A stretch of 62,370 nt of DNA, the filler included, from Choristocarpus tenellus KU-1152 (lineage: Eukaryota; Protista; Phaeophyceae): assembly GCA_964200185.2 (NCBI GenBank). It is 8 parts of 8 records of this genome, joined end to end, with 100 filler letters (N's around TTAATTAATTAA, not from the genome) between each part and the next. Parts side by side here need not be neighbours in the genome. Positions count along the whole stretch, not along the records: positions 58,740 to 62,370 come from CAXNAD020018845.1; 7 more parts are not named here. One strand, 5' to 3'. The notes beneath the pieces are model-generated. The model was not told the origin of the DNA. It saw only the letters and a list, made by a program, of their open reading frames with translations, and ran no database searches. The translations under genes and the position numbers were made by a program. Positions 59,247 to 62,370 of the stretch are shown one piece after another (positions within the stretch are counted from its first letter, which is position 1; each line of letters begins with the position of its first letter).

Positions 59247-61169
59247 ATGACATGTGTTTGTGTTCACCACATGACCAGGGACCTATTGGTCCAATGCTTG
59301 AGGGGAAACTGGAATAAGGTACACTCGGGGACAGTGATTGGTGACGATGGCCAACGCACTTGCCTCTGTACCTGTGACTTCTGTCACAAGGGCAAAGGAT
59401 GCGGTTCTGAAGATGTGAAGACTGCACCTGAGAGCATTTTCTATAGATGGACTTCTTCCTGTAAGTAATTTTATGCTGATCCGAAGCTACAACAACGTCC
59501 AACTAGCGCTAACCACGACAACATACATACCATGCAAAACTATGCTCATTTTCGGGTAGGTCAGAAGGAACTCCGTTTTCCTTCATGGATGCCTTTTGAG
59601 TTCCTTTTCAGTCTTTCAATGGGAGCACAAGGAGGAAGGCTGGCCACTCAGAATTGCTGCGAGCTTATCCACTGCCTCTTGTGGATCCCTGCTCAGCTTT
59701 CCGAACATGAACGCAACTCTATCACAGTCCAGCAGGTTCGCAATAAAGTCTTGTTAGACGAAAGCATTGTAGCGGCTTATCTTCATGGCATTTTTGAGGC
59801 GTTGCGGATCCTCTTTGGTGCCAGCGAAATAAAACGCGTGTGCAAATTGTGCCTGAGCCCCACCAAGCGCAAGGCTTCGAGTCCTCCAGTCAGTGACAAA
59901 ACGGCGTCGAAGCACCATAATAACAAGAACAAGGGCAAGGGGAAGGTACTGCCAAACAGATCTACGGAGAAAGCTGCGTTCTATAAGCCTCGCAGTGCCG
60001 ACAATCGTAAACGCTTGAGCTTTGCAGAGAAGATGGAAGCATTGAACTCCTGAAGACCATGACTGGAACTGCGGTTGCTCAAAGGTTTGGAATCGGTCAC
60101 AGCACCCTCTACAAGTTGAAAAAAGAGGCAATAAACATCATGGAGAAAGCACAAACACTAAAGCCTGACACCAAGTCTACGAAGGGCGTCAAACATACCG
60201 AGGAGAGTTAACGTGTGGATTGAAATTCTGAAGGTAGGTTGATTGTGATCGTGATTGAATTGTCTTTATGCACTGTCTGCCGATGAGGATCATGATTGAA
60301 TTTTTTGAAATTTTGAGCTCGTTTCTGTCCTACTTTAATGTCTGCACTGTTTACTGTAGTATCACAGGTGGCCATTTTTTTCCGTAGAGGTAACGTCCCA
60401 AACAAGGTGTCCTTATATATTATTGAGGATCTCTCTAATACTCTTCATGCTCTGCATCTCTCAAACCTGGTGGAAAGCCGTCTCAGGCTTCCATCTCAAC
60501 GCAGCAAGAGCGTGGATCGGTGGAAAGACAACGGTAAGTGGCCAATGCGACACTAGAGGACATGAAAGACCAGCTACTCGAGAAATTCTTGTACCAGTCA
60601 GACAATGAAACCTCGGGTGACGAGGATGGCGATGGGTTTATGGGAGGGGACAGTGTATCAGGGGCCGTGAGGAAAGGAGCAGCCTCTTCGGTGTTCTCGA
60701 TCCCTCCACTGTTGTACTCTCAATTAGCTGACGAATTTGCAAGCATAGAAACAACCGTCGAAGAGTGCAGCATGAACGATGTTTCGTACCGTCTCTCCGG
60801 AAAGGAAAGCTGGCTTGGCTCAGCGCAATTGGGGCAAGGGTAATCAAACTAGAGGACATCTCTGATTTTTTTGGCAGTCACGATTTTTTTATCAGCGAAT
60901 AATTTGTTTTACTCAGTGCGTGCGATGGGAGGTGCATGGCGGTGCAGCTACATTTGATTCATGGTGTTTTTGATACTGCATTGTATTATATCTTTGTAGA
61001 GTGAAATTGAATACGTTGGGCAGGTTATTGGAGGGAGATTGACTTTGAACGTTGATTTGATTTGAAAGGCGACTCGTATGTCCAGCGACTTGCGGATGCT
61101 TTTCTTGGGAAGGTGTACTATGAGTGAATACATCGTAATGAGTGTAGTTCTACCCAAGTTACACTACTG
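59247..61169 (+). mobile_element. pogo/Tigger (CENP-B-like) transposase pseudogene, internally deleted
   Basis: Across a frameshift at ~60050: RKRLSFAEKMEALN/LKTMTGTAVAQRFGIGHSTLYKLKKEAINIMEK...KSTKGVKHTE, a CENP-B N-terminal (psq-type) HTH. Acidic C-terminal segment at 60538-60843; no DDE region seen. Candidate right end ...actactg|TA at 61169. Confidence 0.65.
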
Positions 61170-62370
61170 TATACATATGACACTGGTATACTGTGGAGAG
61201 GTGGTGTAGATGTGGTGCTTGCTGCACCACCCCAGCTCCATCGAAATGGACTCACCGAGGGCAATGTTCAATACATATCTACGTGTAACTACTCTTAAAG
61301 GCACATGGGAAGCACATACAGCGAGGGCGTCGTTCTGTTGTATTTCGGGGAATGGTATAAAGTTCCTTAAACCACTTTGGTCGATATGAAATAGGTTTCT
61401 CTTATCACGATCCCTTGGTTGAAGAGAAACACCCTCTTATATACAATAAGAGAGGATCGGGGTATAAGAGAGGGAGTTTTTGCTTGCCCTTACTTTTTCT
61501 TATATAGGTACACTATACTTGGTTTTAGAATGTACATGCTTCAGAAATACCTCAAAAATTGTAAGGGTTCTGTCGGAATAAAATAACCTTTGAGGTGAGT
61601 TGGAATATTTGGGGTTGTACGTTGGAATGGAGAAGAGAAAGGAGAGGAGGTGGGGCGACTCCTTGTGCTTTTGCATGGAAAGGAACTGATTATCTTGAAA
61701 TCAAGGATTTCCCAAATCTGATCTACATTAAACTATTCTATGATAGGAATCAAAATTCAAACGACTCGCAGAGAAAAAACACCTGTATGAAATTGGGGTT
61801 ATAATGTATAGGTAGACACATGGACAAATAGGAATTACTTGGTTTTTTAGAAGGAAAGTATGAGGAACTAAAAAAACGCAAATACATACATAGAACCACC
61901 GTGGTAGTAAGGTTTTCTGTTAATTATAGCACTTCTAGTTTTGAAACTATATGCGTGACTGAATATATTGATTCTATAGATAAGAACGAGAGTCAGCAGG
62001 ACAGGTAATGAGGGGAGGTAGGATGGTAAGGTTGTGTAGAGATGAATAGGATGCAAAATTCAAGGAGGTCGGAAAGAGGAAAAGGTCTACAAAGCTGGCA
62101 GGTTTGTAAGAGCAGGAATGGCTTAGTTTTATAAGGTAATATGTCAGATATATCAAGAGGCAGTGCTGGTGAAATTTTTTCCTACGGGATTTATTATTTA
62201 TGGAACAAGTATGCACGAGTGGTCGAACAAGTCCAACACCTTGCCCGAGAAAATAGATAAATGCAGATCGGCACATCTGACATGGTGGGGGGGGGGGGGG
62301 GGGGCGAACGCAAAAAACAGTTTCGGGGGCACGAGGGAGTATTTCGATAAAAGGGGTCAATTCTAAAAAA

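Overview
Intron-rich eukaryotic DNA, not prokaryotic. It is most likely a photosynthetic stramenopile (brown-algal type); this is inferred from a plastid ATP sulfurylase with a bipartite 'AF' presequence, short exons with GT-AG introns and interstitial TTAGGG runs. The window is eight short contigs joined by artificial 100-bp linkers (44 N + TTAATTAATTAA + 44 N), so adjacency across linkers is meaningless. Genes reconstructed by splicing exons by eye: a tandem CCCH zinc-finger gene (contig 1); an 11-exon internal fragment of a giant extracellular repeat protein (contig 2); the first exon of an uncharacterised signal-peptide/membrane-anchored protein (contig 3); a decayed SRA/YDG-like gene (contig 4); and, in contig 6, a Pro/Ser/Thr-rich last exon, a complete 7-exon METTL18/HPM1 histidine methyltransferase, a divergently transcribed membrane protein and a complete 9-exon plastid ATP sulfurylase. 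Two abundant MITE families share GRG...CYC termini and 4-bp TSDs (Sola2-like) and sit at most contig breaks. There are also decayed copia, LINE, hAT-like, possible CACTA/Plavaka-like and pogo/Tigger remnants. The most interesting signals are: (1) the giant protein, in which a bacterial adhesin-type repeat has a second module nested twice inside one unit; (2) gene-body CpG depletion with CpG-rich 5' ends plus a decaying SRA-like methyl-cytosine reader; (3) the Sola2-like MITE system. Family assignments come from motif recognition, not database searches.
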